NCBI RefSeq assembly: GCF_057098645.1
Contig: NZ_CM169472.1
Length of the DNA stretch: 64,000 bases
Strand: one strand, 5' to 3'
Shown here: positions 1 through 9,812 of the stretch, piece after piece
How the letters are laid out: every line of letters begins with the position of its first letter
How positions within the stretch are numbered: the first letter of the stretch is position 1
Translations under genes and position numbers: made by a program
Notes under the pieces: model-generated
Seen by the model: the letters and a program-made list of their open reading frames with translations, nothing else
Told to the model about the DNA's origin: nothing
Databases searched by the model: none

Positions 1-2268
1 ATGGCCGTTAAAGCCTCCGGGCGTTTTGTCCCTCCGTCAGCATTTGCCGCAGGCACCGGTGAGACGTTTACCGGTGCTTATGCATGGAACGCGCCACGCG
101 AGGCCGTCGGGCGCGAAAGACCCCTTACACGTGACGAGATGCGTCAGGTGCAAGGTGTTTTATCCACGATTAATCGCCTGCCTTACTTTTTGCGCTCGCT
201 GTTTACTTCACGCTATGACTACATCCGGCGCAATAAAAGCCCGGTGCACGGGTTTTATTTCCTCACATCCACTTTTCAGCGCCGTTTATGGCCGCGTATT
301 GAGCGCGTGAATCAGCGCCATGAAATGAACACCGACGCGTCGTTGCTGTTTCTGGCAGAGCGTGACCATTATGCGCGTCTGCCGGGGATGAATGACAAGG
401 AGCTGAAAAAGTTTGCCGCCCGTATCTCATCGCAGCTTTTCATGATGTATGAGGAACTCTGCGATGCATGGGTTGATGCACATGGCGAGAAAGAATCGCT
501 GTTTACAGATGAGGCGCAGGCGCATCTGTATGGTCATGTTGCTGGCGCTGCACGTGCTTTCAATATTTCCCCTCTCTACTGGAAAAAATACCGTAAAGGA
601 CAGATGACCACGAGGCAGGCATATTCTGCCATTGCCCGTCTGTTTAACGATGAGTGGTGGACTCATCAGCTTAAAGGCCAGCGTATGCGCTGGCATGAGG
701 CGTTACTGATTGCTGTCGGGGAGGTCAATAAAGACCGTTCTCCTTATGCCAGTAAACATGCCATTCGTGATGTGCGTGCACGCCGCCAGGCAAATCTGGA
801 ATTTCTTAAATCGTGTGACCTCGAAAACAGGGAAACCGGCGAGCGCATCGACCTTATCAGTAAGGTGATGGGCAGTATTTCTAATCCTGAAATTCGCCGG
901 ATGGAGCTGATGAACACCATCGCCGGTATTGAGCGTTACGCCGCCGCAGAGGGTGATGTGGGGATGTTTATCACTCTGACCGCGCCGTCAAAGTATCACC
1001 CGACACGTCAGGTCGGAAAAGGCGAAAGTAAAACCGTCCAGCTAAATCACGGCTGGAATGATGAGGCATTTAATCCAAAGGATGCGCAGCGTTATCTCTG
1101 CCGCATCTGGAGCCTGATGCGCACGGCATTCAAGGATAATGATTTACAGGTCTACGGTTTGCGAGTCGTCGAGCCACACCACGACGGAACGCCGCACTGG
1201 CATATGATGCTTTTTTGTAATCCACGCCAGCGTAACCAGATTATCGAAATCATGCGTCGCTATGCGCTCAAAGAGGATGGTGACGAAAGAGGAGCCGCGC
1301 GAAACCGTTTTCAGGCAAAACACCTTAACCGGGGCGGTGCTGCGGGATATATCGCGAAATACATCTCAAAAAACATCGATGGCTATGCACTGGATGGTCA
1401 GCTCGATAACGATACCGGCAGGCCGCTGAAAGACACTGCCGCGGCTGTTACCGCATGGGCGTCAACGTGGCGCATTCCGCAATTTAAAACGGTTGGCCTG
1501 CCGACAATGGGGGCTTACCGTGAACTACGCAAATTGCCTCGCGGCGTCAGCATTGCTGATGAGTTTGACGAACGCGTCGAGGCTGCACGCGCTGCCGCAG
1601 ACAGTGGTGATTTTGCGTTGTATATCAGCGCGCAGGGTGGGGCAAATGTTCCGCGCGATTGTCAGACTGTCAGGGTTGCCCGTAGTCCGTCGGATGAAGT
1701 TAACGAGTACGAGGAAGAAGTCGAGAGAGTGGTCGGCATTTACGCGCCGCATCTCGGCGCGCGTCATATTCATATCACCAGAACGACGGACTGGCGCATT
1801 GTTCCGAAAGTGCCGGTCGTTGAGCCTTTGACTTTAAAAAGCGGCATCGCCGCGCCTCGGAGTCCTGTCAATAACTGTGGAAAGCTCACCGGTGGTGATA
1901 CTTCGTTACCGGCTCCCACACCTTCTGAGCACGCCGCAGCAGTGCTTAATCTGGTTGATGACGGTGTTATCGAATGGAATGACCCGGAGGTCGTGAGGGC
2001 GCTCAGAAGCGCATTAAAACACGACCTGAGAAGACCAAACCGTCAGCAAAGAAACGGAAGCCCGTTAAAACCACATGAAATTGCACCATCGGCCAGACTG
2101 ACCCGGTCTGAACGATTGCAAATCACCCGTATCCGTGTTGACCTTGCTCAGAACGGTATCAGGCCGCAGCGATGGGAGCTTGAGGCGTTGGCGCGCGGGG
2201 CAACAGTAATTTATGAAGGTGAGCGGTTTAGTTATGCTGTAAAAGACGATTGGGTGATGTTTTCTTAA
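1..2268 (+). CDS. A: P2 gpA-like replication initiation endonuclease (rolling-circle nickase); ORF starts at window base 1 so the true 5' end may lie upstream
   Basis: 755-aa ORF with HUH-type motif HWHMMLF and tyrosine pair YIAKYISK; synteny A-cos-Q-P as in P2. Confidence 0.9.
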   Translation: MAVKASGRFVPPSAFAAGTGETFTGAYAWNAPREAVGRERPLTRDEMRQVQGVLSTINRLPYFLRSLFTSRYDYIRRNKSPVHGFYFLTSTFQRRLWPRIERVNQRHEMNTDASLLFLAERDHYARLPGMNDKELKKFAARISSQLFMMYEELCDAWVDAHGEKESLFTDEAQAHLYGHVAGAARAFNISPLYWKKYRKGQMTTRQAYSAIARLFNDEWWTHQLKGQRMRWHEALLIAVGEVNKDRSPYASKHAIRDVRARRQANLEFLKSCDLENRETGERIDLISKVMGSISNPEIRRMELMNTIAGIERYAAAEGDVGMFITLTAPSKYHPTRQVGKGESKTVQLNHGWNDEAFNPKDAQRYLCRIWSLMRTAFKDNDLQVYGLRVVEPHHDGTPHWHMMLFCNPRQRNQIIEIMRRYALKEDGDERGAARNRFQAKHLNRGGAAGYIAKYISKNIDGYALDGQLDNDTGRPLKDTAAAVTAWASTWRIPQFKTVGLPTMGAYRELRKLPRGVSIADEFDERVEAARAAADSGDFALYISAQGGANVPRDCQTVRVARSPSDEVNEYEEEVERVVGIYAPHLGARHIHITRTTDWRIVPKVPVVEPLTLKSGIAAPRSPVNNCGKLTGGDTSLPAPTPSEHAAAVLNLVDDGVIEWNDPEVVRALRSALKHDLRRPNRQQRNGSPLKPHEIAPSARLTRSERLQITRIRVDLAQNGIRPQRWELEALARGATVIYEGERFSYAVKDDWVMFS
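1852..1871 (+). other. candidate phage replication origin (A-protein nick region) inside gene A
   Basis: GCGCCTCGGAGTCCTGTCAA in the 3' third of gene A resembles my recollection of the P2 ori nick region; memory-based. Confidence 0.3.
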
Positions 2269-2351
2269 ACTGATGGCATCATGATACATTAACAAATCTG
2301 AAGCAATACTTTAGTAGTCGTGCATTAATAACTTATAAGGAATTATTATCG

Positions 2352-3674
2352 ATGAGTGCGTTAAGGGATGAAGTATCTATGAAGGTTGCGTTCTCTAATG
2401 GCATGATAAACAAATTATGCAAAAGTTTTTTTTATAGTCATGGTAAGGAGCAGCCTTGTATTCAAGTCGGTAAAGCATTAGAAGATTTTGTTTTTTGGCT
2501 TGCATATAATGATGAGGAGATTGCAAAATGTGCTAGTAGGTTATTAAAAGCATATGGCCCCCAATTAGGTATAAGTAACCTTCATAATGCGAAAAGATTA
2601 TTGTTAGGTTTTTGTTCTGAAGCCTTCAATCGCATTGATGCTGATTTTTTGTCGCTTAATCCTGATAAGATTTGTGTTGATGATATTATAACGCAAGTTC
2701 ATAGAAAAAATCTTAGTGAGATGTTTAAGTGTTATATACTTTCACGAATAAAATCCTGTCCATATATTTATAATCTTGGGTGTGCTGGCTTTGATGGGAA
2801 GCTTGAGCTTAGAGAAAATTTATTTTTATATGGCCCGGGGCTAGGGGTGGAATTACTTTCTGATATTAAAGACAAAACTGACATCAAGGTTCCTGTTGAT
2901 TTTTATGATGATGAATATATGCGGCATAAACCAATTGGGAAATATTTTCGACAGTCAAAATCCTGCTTGGTGGTGGCATATGCTTCATCAGAGGATAAAG
3001 CGGTGAAAATGTTTGATAGTTTGTTTGGAGCTTTATGTCTTGCAGTTGATAATCCTTTTGCGATTAATCGAGTTGCTGTTAATAATCTAGTTGAGTCTTT
3101 TGGTGTCGGGAAATATCATGAAAGTGAGTTTCGGGTGAATATTCCGTCTGTAAATAATTTAAATATAACGGATTCAACCTTGGCGATACTTACAAAAATA
3201 CTTTCATCACCTGATAAAAGGATGTTGTCTGCTCTTTCCTTTATAGCGCACGGGTGGAGAGATGACAAACGTGAAAGGTTTTTGAATCAATTTATAGCAT
3301 TGGATGCTATGTATGGAACCAATAATGGTAATAAAAATTCAATTATTGGCGGTGTTTGCAGAGATGCGGCGAAAATTATTGATATTGATTCAAAAATAGG
3401 AATAATCTATGAGCTTAGGTGTAAGTTTGTTCATGGAGATATTTCATCGTTATCTGATAATGATAGCTATCGAAAGTTTATTGATAGCTATGGCGTGGAC
3501 CCTATTGTTTCTCTTTTTGAAATTCTTAAAGAATGCGTCCTTAATTATAATGGTACTTACAAAACGCCAAAAGATGTTGGAAAGGCAGATAGGTCTATTT
3601 GCGTTCCTGCTGAGTTGCTTCCAGCGGTTGAGAGGATGATAGCGGAATACAGTGGAGTTAAAAAAACAAACTAA
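2352..3674 (+). CDS. hypothetical protein; AT-rich cargo gene at the tin/old position of P2; candidate anti-phage defence protein with C-terminal Rx4H (HEPN-like) motif
   Basis: 440-aa ORF, visibly AT-rich and Lys/Ile/Asn-rich unlike flanking phage genes; motif R356-CKFV-H361-GD; sits between gene A and cos. Confidence 0.75.
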   Translation: MSALRDEVSMKVAFSNGMINKLCKSFFYSHGKEQPCIQVGKALEDFVFWLAYNDEEIAKCASRLLKAYGPQLGISNLHNAKRLLLGFCSEAFNRIDADFLSLNPDKICVDDIITQVHRKNLSEMFKCYILSRIKSCPYIYNLGCAGFDGKLELRENLFLYGPGLGVELLSDIKDKTDIKVPVDFYDDEYMRHKPIGKYFRQSKSCLVVAYASSEDKAVKMFDSLFGALCLAVDNPFAINRVAVNNLVESFGVGKYHESEFRVNIPSVNNLNITDSTLAILTKILSSPDKRMLSALSFIAHGWRDDKRERFLNQFIALDAMYGTNNGNKNSIIGGVCRDAAKIIDIDSKIGIIYELRCKFVHGDISSLSDNDSYRKFIDSYGVDPIVSLFEILKECVLNYNGTYKTPKDVGKADRSICVPAELLPAVERMIAEYSGVKKTN

Positions 3675-3815
3675 AGATGTTCTTTTTAGCCTCGCCTGCA
3701 TTAGGTGCATAAATTTGCATTCATTTTCAAATATATCTTTTGACAGCGAGCACCAGAACAGGCGCTTGCCGGGGGGATGATGCACCTGCATTAAAACCGC
3801 CCCATGAAGCGGGCG

Positions 3816-3834
3816 GGCGAGGCGGGGAAAGCAC
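3816..3834. other. cos: cos site (19-nt cohesive-end sequence of P2-type phages)
   Basis: GGCGAGGCGGGGAAAGCAC matches the remembered P2/186 cohesive-end sequence and lies immediately upstream of Q as expected. Confidence 0.6.
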
Positions 3835-3975
3835 TGCGCGCTGGCGGTGGTGCTGATTTTATTTTTTCAGCGTCTGAGCGCGTCGTGAAGGCGCTTAGTC
3901 TGCCCGTTGAGGCGTTGGTGTGTCTGCGGGGTGTTTTGTGCGGTGGTGAGCGTGTGAGGGCGTGATGACGGGGTG

Positions 3976-3998
3976 TAAAAAAGCCGCCCGCAGGCGGC
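3976..3998 (-). terminator. intrinsic terminator downstream of Q (minus strand)
   Basis: GC hairpin GCCGCC-CGCA-GGCGGC followed by a T-run on the minus strand just past the Q stop. Confidence 0.5.
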
Positions 3999-4003
3999 GA
4001 TGT

Positions 4004-5038
4004 TCAGCCGTTGTCAGTGTCCAGTGAGTAGTTTTTAAAGCGGATGACCTCCTGACCGAGCCAGCCGTTTATCTCGCGGATCCTGTCCTGTAGCGGGATA
4101 AGCTCATTGCGGACAAAGACCTTTACCACTTTCTCAATATCACCCAGCGACCCGACGTTCTCCGGCTTGCCGCCCATCAACTGAAAGGGGATGCGGTGCG
4201 CGTCCAGCAGGTCAGCGGCGCTGGCTTTTTTGATATTAAAAAAATCGTCCTTCGTTGCCACTTCACTGAGCGGGATAATTTTAATGCCGTCGGCTTTCCC
4301 CTGCGGGGCATAGAGAAACAGGTTTTTAAAGTTGTTGCGGCCTTTCGACTTGACCATGTTTTCGCGAAGCATTTCGATATCGTTGCGATCCTGCACGGCA
4401 TCGGTGACGTACATGATATATCCGGCATGAGCGCCGTTTTCGTAATACTTGCGGCGGAACAGCGTGGCCGACTCATTCAGCCAGGCAGAATTAAGGGCGC
4501 TGAGATATTCCGGCAGGCCGTACAGCTCCTGATTAATATCCGGCTCCAGCAGGTGAAACACGGAGCCGGGCGCGAAGGCTGTCGGCTCGTTGAAGGACGG
4601 CACCCACCAGTAAACATCCTCCTCCACGCCACGGCGGGTATATTTTGCCGGTGAGGTTTCCAGTCTGATGACCTTACCGGTGGTGCTGTAACGCTTTTCC
4701 AGAAACGCATTACCGAACACCAGAAAATCCAGCACAAAGCGGCTGAAATCCTGCTGGGAAAGCCACGGGTGCGGAATAAACGTTGAAGCCAGAATATTAC
4801 GTTTGACGTAAATCGGTGAGCTGTGATGTACGGCAGCACGCAGGCTTTTTGCCAGACCGGTAAAGCTGACCGGTGGCTCATACCATCTGCCGTTACTGAT
4901 GCACTCGACGTAATCCAGAATGTCACGGCGGTCGAGTACCGGCACCGGTTCACCAAAGGTGAATGCCTCCATTTTCGGGGCGCTGGCGGTCATTTTTTTT
5001 GCCGCAGGTTGCGGTGTTTTCCCTTTTTTCTTGCTCAT
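4004..5038 (-). CDS. Q: portal protein (P2 gpQ-like)
   Basis: 344-aa ORF, same length as P2 Q; position and divergent QP/ONML arrangement. Confidence 0.93.
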   Translation of the reverse strand: MSKKKGKTPQPAAKKMTASAPKMEAFTFGEPVPVLDRRDILDYVECISNGRWYEPPVSFTGLAKSLRAAVHHSSPIYVKRNILASTFIPHPWLSQQDFSRFVLDFLVFGNAFLEKRYSTTGKVIRLETSPAKYTRRGVEEDVYWWVPSFNEPTAFAPGSVFHLLEPDINQELYGLPEYLSALNSAWLNESATLFRRKYYENGAHAGYIMYVTDAVQDRNDIEMLRENMVKSKGRNNFKNLFLYAPQGKADGIKIIPLSEVATKDDFFNIKKASAADLLDAHRIPFQLMGGKPENVGSLGDIEKVVKVFVRNELIPLQDRIREINGWLGQEVIRFKNYSLDTDNG

Positions 5039-6810
5039 CAGTAAAACTCCAGAATGGTGGATGTCAGCGGGGTGCTGATACCGGCGGTGAGTGGCTCATT
5101 TAACAGGGCGTGCATGGTCGCCCAGGCGAGGTCGGCGTGGCTGGCTTCCTCGCTGCGGCTGGCCTCATAGGTGGCGCTGCGTCCGCTGCTGGTCATGGTC
5201 TTGCGGATAGCCATAAACGAGCTGGTGATGTCGGTGGCGCTGACGTCATATTCCAGACAGCCACGGCGAATAACGTCTTTTGCCTTGAGCACCATTGCGG
5301 TTTTCATTTCCGGCGTGTAGCGGATATCGCGTGCGGCGGGATAGAACGAGCGAACGAGCTGGAACACGCCGACACCGAGGCCGGTGGCATCAATTCCGAT
5401 GTATTCGACGTTGTATTTTTCGGTGAGTTTGCGGATGGATTCAGCCTGGGTGGCAAAGTCCATGCCTTTCCACTGGTGACGTTCAAGTATTCTGAATTTG
5501 CCACCGGCCACCACCGGCGGTGCCAGCACCACGCATCCGGCACTGTCGCCACGGTGTGACGGGTCGTAACCAATCCATACCGGGCGGGAGCCGAACGGAT
5601 TGGCGGCAAAGGGTGCATAGTCTTCCCATTCTTCCAGCGTGTCGACCATGCAGCGTTGCAGCTCCTCGAACGGGAACACCGACGCCTTGTCGTCAACAAA
5701 TTCACACATGAACAGGTTTTTAAAATCGTCGGCGCTGTTTTCGCGTTTGAGCTGCTCAATGTCGAACAGCGTGCAGCCACCTTTCAGGGCGTCCTCAATG
5801 GTGACAATCTGTCGCCACTGGCCGTCCGCACAGAGAAGCCCACCGGCAAGGGCGTTATGACTGACGTCGATTTCCACGCGTTCGGCGGCGCTGGCGCGTC
5901 CCCGGTTATACAGTTCACCCGACCAGAACGGGTAGGCGTCGTGCGCCAGCGTGGACGGGGTGGAGAAATAGGTCGAACGCAGGTGACTCTGTGAGGCCAT
6001 ACCTGATGCCACCTTACGCAGTACCTGAAAATTCGGGATCCAGAAAATCTCGTCGACGTACAGGTCGCCGTTATGGCTCTGCGCGGTGTTGGAGTTGGTG
6101 CCGAGAAAAATCAGTTTTGCGCCGTTATTGCCCAGGACAATCGGATCACCGGTCAGGTCAACGTCAACCAGACGGGCAAAGGCGATGATGTATTCGCGGA
6201 ACACATACGCCTGCGTTTTACTGGCCGACAGAAAAATCTGGTTATGACCGGTTTTCAGGGCGCGCAGCAGCGCCTCGCGGGAAAAATAAAATGTCGCGCC
6301 AATCTGGCGGGATTTCAGGATATCGCGGATGCGGTGCTCAAGCCCGGCGCGATACCAGTGCAACTGATAATCGAAAGACTGCTCAAAGAAAATCTGCTCC
6401 AGCTTTTCGATGGCCTCGTCACTGAAAAAATTCTTTTTCGGTTTGCGCCGCCCGCCTTTGTTGCGGTTAGCGACGTTCGGATTAAGGTCTGCCTCGTTGC
6501 CGGTCTGGCTGTAGCGGTTTACCCGTGCCAGTCGTTCAATCTGGCGTCCGAGCAGGTCAATTTCCTTGAAATCACCGCCGGTTTTCTGCGGTTTGATGAT
6601 GAGCTGGGTCAGCCGCGCTTCCAGACTCATTTCGACACGGCTGATGGGGGCAACGCTGTCCCAGCCGTCGCGCTGTTTCCAGCTCTGCACCGTCGGGCGT
6701 TTCATCTGCAACATGGCGGCAATCTGCGGCACGGAAAATCCCTGCCAGTACAGCAGCGCCGCCTGACGACGCGGGTCGTGTAAAAGAGTGGTGTCTGTGG
6801 TGATGGTCAT
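5038..6810 (-). CDS. P: terminase large subunit / ATPase (P2 gpP-like)
   Basis: ORF track 5038..6840; start trimmed to internal Met (MTITTDTT...) giving 590 aa as in P2 P. Confidence 0.9.
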   Translation of the reverse strand: MTITTDTTLLHDPRRQAALLYWQGFSVPQIAAMLQMKRPTVQSWKQRDGWDSVAPISRVEMSLEARLTQLIIKPQKTGGDFKEIDLLGRQIERLARVNRYSQTGNEADLNPNVANRNKGGRRKPKKNFFSDEAIEKLEQIFFEQSFDYQLHWYRAGLEHRIRDILKSRQIGATFYFSREALLRALKTGHNQIFLSASKTQAYVFREYIIAFARLVDVDLTGDPIVLGNNGAKLIFLGTNSNTAQSHNGDLYVDEIFWIPNFQVLRKVASGMASQSHLRSTYFSTPSTLAHDAYPFWSGELYNRGRASAAERVEIDVSHNALAGGLLCADGQWRQIVTIEDALKGGCTLFDIEQLKRENSADDFKNLFMCEFVDDKASVFPFEELQRCMVDTLEEWEDYAPFAANPFGSRPVWIGYDPSHRGDSAGCVVLAPPVVAGGKFRILERHQWKGMDFATQAESIRKLTEKYNVEYIGIDATGLGVGVFQLVRSFYPAARDIRYTPEMKTAMVLKAKDVIRRGCLEYDVSATDITSSFMAIRKTMTSSGRSATYEASRSEEASHADLAWATMHALLNEPLTAGISTPLTSTILEFY

Positions 6811-6983
6811 GAATACCTCGCCGTGATGAATACACGGCAAGGCTACTGAGTCGCGCCCCGCGATTCGCTAAGGTGCTGTTGTGTCAGTGATAAGCCATCC
6901 GGGACTGATGGCGGAGGATGCGCATCGTCGGGAAACTGATGCCGACATGTGACTCCTCTAATCACTATTCAGGACTCCTGACA

Positions 6984-7838
6984 ATGGCAAAAAAAGTCTC
7001 AAAATTCTTTCGTATCGGCGTTGAGGGTGACACCTGTGACGGGCGTGTCATCAGTGCGCAGGATATTCAGGAAATGGCCGAAACCTTTGACCCGCGAGTC
7101 TATGGTTGCCGCATTAACCTGGAACATCTGCGCGGCATCCTGCCTGACGGTATTTTTAAGCGTTATGGCGATGTGGCCGAACTGAAGGCCGAAAAGATTG
7201 ACGATGATTCGGCGCTGAAAGGCAAATGGGCGCTGTTTGCGAAAATCACCCCGACCGATGACCTTATCGCGATGAACAAGGCCGCGCAGAAGGTCTATAC
7301 CTCAATGGAAATTCAGCCGAATTTTGCCAATACCGGCAAATGTTATCTGGTGGGGCTGGCCGTCACCGATGACCCGGCAAGCCTCGGCACGGAATACCTG
7401 GAATTCTGCCGCACGGCAAAACACAACCCTCTGAACCGCTTCAAATTAAGCCCTGAAAACCTGATTTCAGTGGCAACGCCTGTTGAGCTGGAATTTGAAG
7501 ACCTGCCTGAAACCGTGTTCACCGCCCTGACTGAAAAGGTGAAATCCATTTTTGGCCGCAAACAGGCCAGCGATGACGCCCGTCTGAATGACGTGCATGA
7601 AGCGGTGACCGCTGTTGCTGAACATGTGCAGGAAAAACTGAGCGCCACTGAGCAGCGCCTCGCTGAGATGGAAAACGCCTTTTCCGCACTTAAGCAGGAG
7701 GTGACTGACAGGGCGGATGAAACCAGCCAGGCATTCACCCGCCTGAAAAACAGTCTCGACCACACCGAAAGTCTGACCCAGCAGCGCCGCAGCAAGGCCA
7801 CCGGCGGTGGCGGTGACGCCCTGATGACGAACTGCTGA
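6984..7838 (+). CDS. O: capsid scaffolding protein (P2 gpO-like)
   Basis: ORF track 6918..7838; start trimmed to MAKKVSKFF; Ala/Glu-rich coiled-coil C-terminus; synteny. Confidence 0.88.
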   Translation: MAKKVSKFFRIGVEGDTCDGRVISAQDIQEMAETFDPRVYGCRINLEHLRGILPDGIFKRYGDVAELKAEKIDDDSALKGKWALFAKITPTDDLIAMNKAAQKVYTSMEIQPNFANTGKCYLVGLAVTDDPASLGTEYLEFCRTAKHNPLNRFKLSPENLISVATPVELEFEDLPETVFTALTEKVKSIFGRKQASDDARLNDVHEAVTAVAEHVQEKLSATEQRLAEMENAFSALKQEVTDRADETSQAFTRLKNSLDHTESLTQQRRSKATGGGGDALMTNC

Positions 7839-7892
7839 CCGGCGTCAGTCCGGGAAAACCTTCACGATTAACCCTTAATTTCAGGAAAAACT

Positions 7893-8966
7893 ATGCGCCA
7901 GGAAACCCGCTTTAAATTTAATGCCTACCTGTCCCGTGTTGCCGAACTGAACGGCATCGACGCCGGTGATGTGTCGAAAAAATTCACCGTTGAACCGTCG
8001 GTCACCCAGACCCTGATGAACACCATGCAGGAGTCCTCTGACTTTCTGACCCGCATCAACATTGTGCCGGTCAGCGAAATGAAAGGGGAAAAAATTGGTA
8101 TTGGTGTCACCGGCTCCATCGCCAGCACCACAGACACCGCCGGTGGCACCGAGCGTCAGCCGAAGGACTTCTCGAAGCTGGCGTCAAACAAGTACGAATG
8201 CGACCAGATTAACTTCGATTTTTATATCCGCTACAAAACGCTTGACCTGTGGGCGCGTTATCAGGATTTCCAGCTCCGTGTCCGTAACGCCATTATCAAA
8301 CGCCAGTCCCTTGATTTAATCATGGCCGGTTTTAACGGCGTGAGGCGTGCCGAAACCTCTGACCGCAGCAGTAACCAGATGCTGCAGGATGTGGCGGTCG
8401 GCTGGCTGCAGAAATACCGCAATGAAGCCACGGCGCGCGTGATGAGCAAGGTTACTGACGAGGAAGGTCACACGACCTCTGAGGTCATCCGCGTGGGTAA
8501 GGGCGGTGATTATGCCAGCCTCGATGCACTGGTGATGGATGCGACCAACAACCTGATTGAGCCGTGGTATCAGGAAGACCCTGACCTTGTGGTGATTGTG
8601 GGGCGTCAGCTACTGGCGGACAAGTATTTCCCCATCGTCAACAAGGAGCAGGACAACAGCGAGATGCTGGCCGCTGACGTCATCATCAGCCAGAAACGCA
8701 TCGGCAACCTGCCAGCGGTACGCGTCCCGTACTTCCCGGCGGATGCGATGCTCATCACGAAGCTGGAAAACCTGTCCATCTACTACATGGATGACAGCCA
8801 TCGTCGCGTGATTGTGGAAAACCCGAAACTCGACCGCGTGGAGAACTACGAGTCAATGAACATTGATTACGTGGTGGAAGACTACGCCGCCGGTTGTCTG
8901 GTGGAAAAAATTAAGGTCGGTGACTTCTCCACACCGACTAAAGTGACCGCAGAGCCGGGAGCGTAA
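7893..8966 (+). CDS. N: major capsid protein (P2 gpN-like)
   Basis: 357-aa ORF, same length as P2 N; synteny. Confidence 0.93.
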   Translation: MRQETRFKFNAYLSRVAELNGIDAGDVSKKFTVEPSVTQTLMNTMQESSDFLTRINIVPVSEMKGEKIGIGVTGSIASTTDTAGGTERQPKDFSKLASNKYECDQINFDFYIRYKTLDLWARYQDFQLRVRNAIIKRQSLDLIMAGFNGVRRAETSDRSSNQMLQDVAVGWLQKYRNEATARVMSKVTDEEGHTTSEVIRVGKGGDYASLDALVMDATNNLIEPWYQEDPDLVVIVGRQLLADKYFPIVNKEQDNSEMLAADVIISQKRIGNLPAVRVPYFPADAMLITKLENLSIYYMDDSHRRVIVENPKLDRVENYESMNIDYVVEDYAAGCLVEKIKVGDFSTPTKVTAEPGA

Positions 8967-8969
8967 CCG

Positions 8970-9713
8970 ATGACGAGTCCCGCACAGCGCCACATGATGC
9001 GGGTCTCGGCAGCGATGACCGCGCAGCGGGACGCCGCCCCGCTGCGACATGCAACTGTCTATGAGCAGATGCTGGTCAAGCTGGCCGCAGACCAGCGCAC
9101 ACTGAAAGCGATTTATTCAAAAGAGCTGAAGGCCGCGAAAAAACGCGAACTGCTGCCGTTCTGGTTGCCGTGGGTGAACGGCGTGCTGGAGCAGGGCAAA
9201 GGTGCACAGGATGACATTCTGATGACGGTCATGCTGTGGCGTCTGGATACCGGCGATATTGCCGGTGCGCTGGAGATTGCCCGTTATGCCCTGAAGTACG
9301 GTCTGACCATGCCGGGTAAACACCGCCGCACCCCGCCGTACATGTTCACCGAGGAGGTGGCGCTCGCGGCCATGCGCGCCCACGCTGCCGGTGAGTCTGT
9401 GGATACCCGCCTGCTGACGGAGACCCTTGCACTGACCGCCACGGCAGACATGCCTGATGAAGTGCGCGCAAAGCTGCACAAAATCACCGGTCTGTTTCTG
9501 CGTGACGCTGGTGATGCCGCCGGTGCGCTGGCTCACCTGCAACGTGCGACACAGCTCGACTGTCAGGCAGGCGTCAAAAAAGAGATTGAACGACTGGAGC
9601 GGGAGCTGAAACCGAAGCCGGAGCCGCAGCCCAAAGCGGCCACCCGCGCCCCGCGTAAGACCCGGAGCGTGACACCGGCAAAACGTGGACGCCCGAAAAA
9701 GAAAGCCAGTTAA
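8970..9713 (+). CDS. M: terminase small subunit / endonuclease (P2 gpM-like)
   Basis: 247-aa ORF with basic C-terminal tail; synteny. Confidence 0.88.
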   Translation: MTSPAQRHMMRVSAAMTAQRDAAPLRHATVYEQMLVKLAADQRTLKAIYSKELKAAKKRELLPFWLPWVNGVLEQGKGAQDDILMTVMLWRLDTGDIAGALEIARYALKYGLTMPGKHRRTPPYMFTEEVALAAMRAHAAGESVDTRLLTETLALTATADMPDEVRAKLHKITGLFLRDAGDAAGALAHLQRATQLDCQAGVKKEIERLERELKPKPEPQPKAATRAPRKTRSVTPAKRGRPKKKAS

Positions 9714-9812
9714 CAACCGAATGCGCCCCGCGCCAGGGCGGCACGCCGGTCAGTGAGGGTGAATCACCTGACACTGCACCGGCGTCCACCGCCCGACTTT
9801 TCAGAGGTAGTC

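Noticed and set aside
26-2295. Short overlapping ORFs inside gene A on both strands
   Set aside because: Fully nested within the 755-aa A ORF, which has recognisable nickase motifs; no separate signals.
3450-3791. 113-aa minus-strand ORF overlapping the 3' end of the 2352..3674 cargo gene
   Set aside because: Lies antisense within an AT-rich gene where random ORFs are frequent; no start context; treated as noise rather than a second component.
5110-6835. Plus-strand ORFs (up to 236 aa) inside the gpP terminase gene
   Set aside because: Antisense to the 590-aa terminase ORF.
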